A stretch of DNA of 64,000 nucleotides from Vulcanimicrobiota bacterium (GTDB lineage: Bacteria > Vulcanimicrobiota > Vulcanimicrobiia > Vulcanimicrobiales > Vulcanimicrobiaceae): positions 1,088,001 through 1,152,000 of the forward strand of contig OY970223.1 in assembly GCA_963714015.1 (NCBI GenBank), read 5' to 3'. Shown piece after piece: positions 63,057 to 64,000 of the stretch (position 1 is its first letter; each line of letters starts with the position of its first letter). The position numbers and the translations under genes are program-made. The notes under the pieces are model-generated. The model was not told the origin of the DNA. It searched no databases and worked only from the letters and a program-made list of their open reading frames with translations.

Positions 63057-64000
63057 CGTCAAACGGTCTGCGCGGCTGGGTGCTGCGTATATCGATCGGC
63101 GGCTGGTTCGAGTTGTACGACCTGTTCATGACGGCGTACGTCTCGCTCGGGCTGATTCGCGAGAAGCTTTTCGTAGCCGCAGCACCCTCCGCATTCGCCT
63201 CGAACGCCTTCGGCACGTTCGTCGCGTCCGGCTTTGCCGGAATGTTTGCCGGAACGCTGGTCTTCAGCTGGATCTCCGACCGCTTCGGACGGCGCGCAAC
63301 ATTCACGTACTCGCTGGTGTGGTACTCCGCTGCCACGCTCGTTATGGCGTTCATGCACAGTGCTCCGGCTATCGATCTCTGGCGGTTCATCGCCGGAATC
63401 GGCATCGGCGTACAATTGGTGACGATAGATTCGTACATCTCCGAACTGGCGCCGAAAGAGGAACGCGGGTACTGGATAGCGTTCTCGCAGTTCATCGGGT
63501 ACTTGGCAATCCCGTTTGCGGCGCTGCTGGCGTATTTGCTCGTTCCGCGTGAACTCGCGGGCTTGGCGGGATGGCGCTACGTCGTCATGGCGGGAGCGCT
63601 CGGCGGAATCGCCGTGTGGTTTTTGCGCCGCGGCTTGCCCGAATCGCCGCGCTGGGTTCAGCAGCGCGCGCAAGGACACTGCCCGACACCGTTGGAGGCG
63701 GTCGGAACGATCTTTGCCGCGCCGCTGCGCACGCGCACGATCATGCTCGTCGTCTTTAATTTCATGCAGACCATCGGTTTTTACGGCTTTACGTCATGGG
63801 TACCGGTGCTGCTGGCAAGCGAGGGCGTTACGTTTACCAAATCGCTGCTCTACACGCTCATCATGGCGCTCATCAATCCGGCCGGTCCGCTCATCGCGAT
63901 GCGGTACGCCGACAGATTGGAACGTAAGTGGCAGATCGTCTGGCTCGCCGGCGTGATCGCTGCCGGCGGTCTCGCGTTTTCAGCAGCCCGGGCGCCGATC
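63057..64000 (+). CDS. MFS transporter (sugar/aromatic-acid type), partial; start uncertain
   Basis: Manual translation: GGWFELYD, SDRFGRR, WRFIAGIGIG, YISELAP..ERG, LPESPRW, ADRLERK. Confidence 0.85.

Overview
64 kb of gene-dense, GC-rich bacterial chromosome carrying mostly core and metabolic genes: ctaA/ctaB, prfC, ROK kinase, egtD, an Opu-type ABC importer, ppk1, bolA-grxD-sulfurtransferase, rpiB, rnd, acnA, aceEF, and thiC with a TPP riboswitch. It also encodes many secreted proteins and lipoproteins, two large BNR/VPS10-repeat hydrolases and a TonB-dependent-receptor-like gene paired with a lipoprotein. The style (Ser/Pro-rich secreted N-termini, near-leaderless genes) suggests Candidatus Eremiobacterota, but that is an inference. 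I saw no CRISPR array, rRNA, tRNA, prophage or transposase, and I cannot claim a clearly new multi-gene system. Strongest leads: (1) 10 of 11 apparent +1 frameshifts sit in or next to AGCT, pointing to a host DNA modification at AGCT that caused systematic base-calling errors; (2) ppk1 / antisense EVE / secreted Ppn1- or ASMase-like phosphoesterase packed with no gaps; (3) a structured RNA candidate at about 41.09-41.24 kb resembling the 3' half of 6S RNA; (4) orphan egtD next to a betaine-type importer; (5) a desaturase plus MGDG-synthase-like glycolipid pair; (6) a Grx4 with an altered glutathione-site motif. All product calls come from motif recognition, not database searches.
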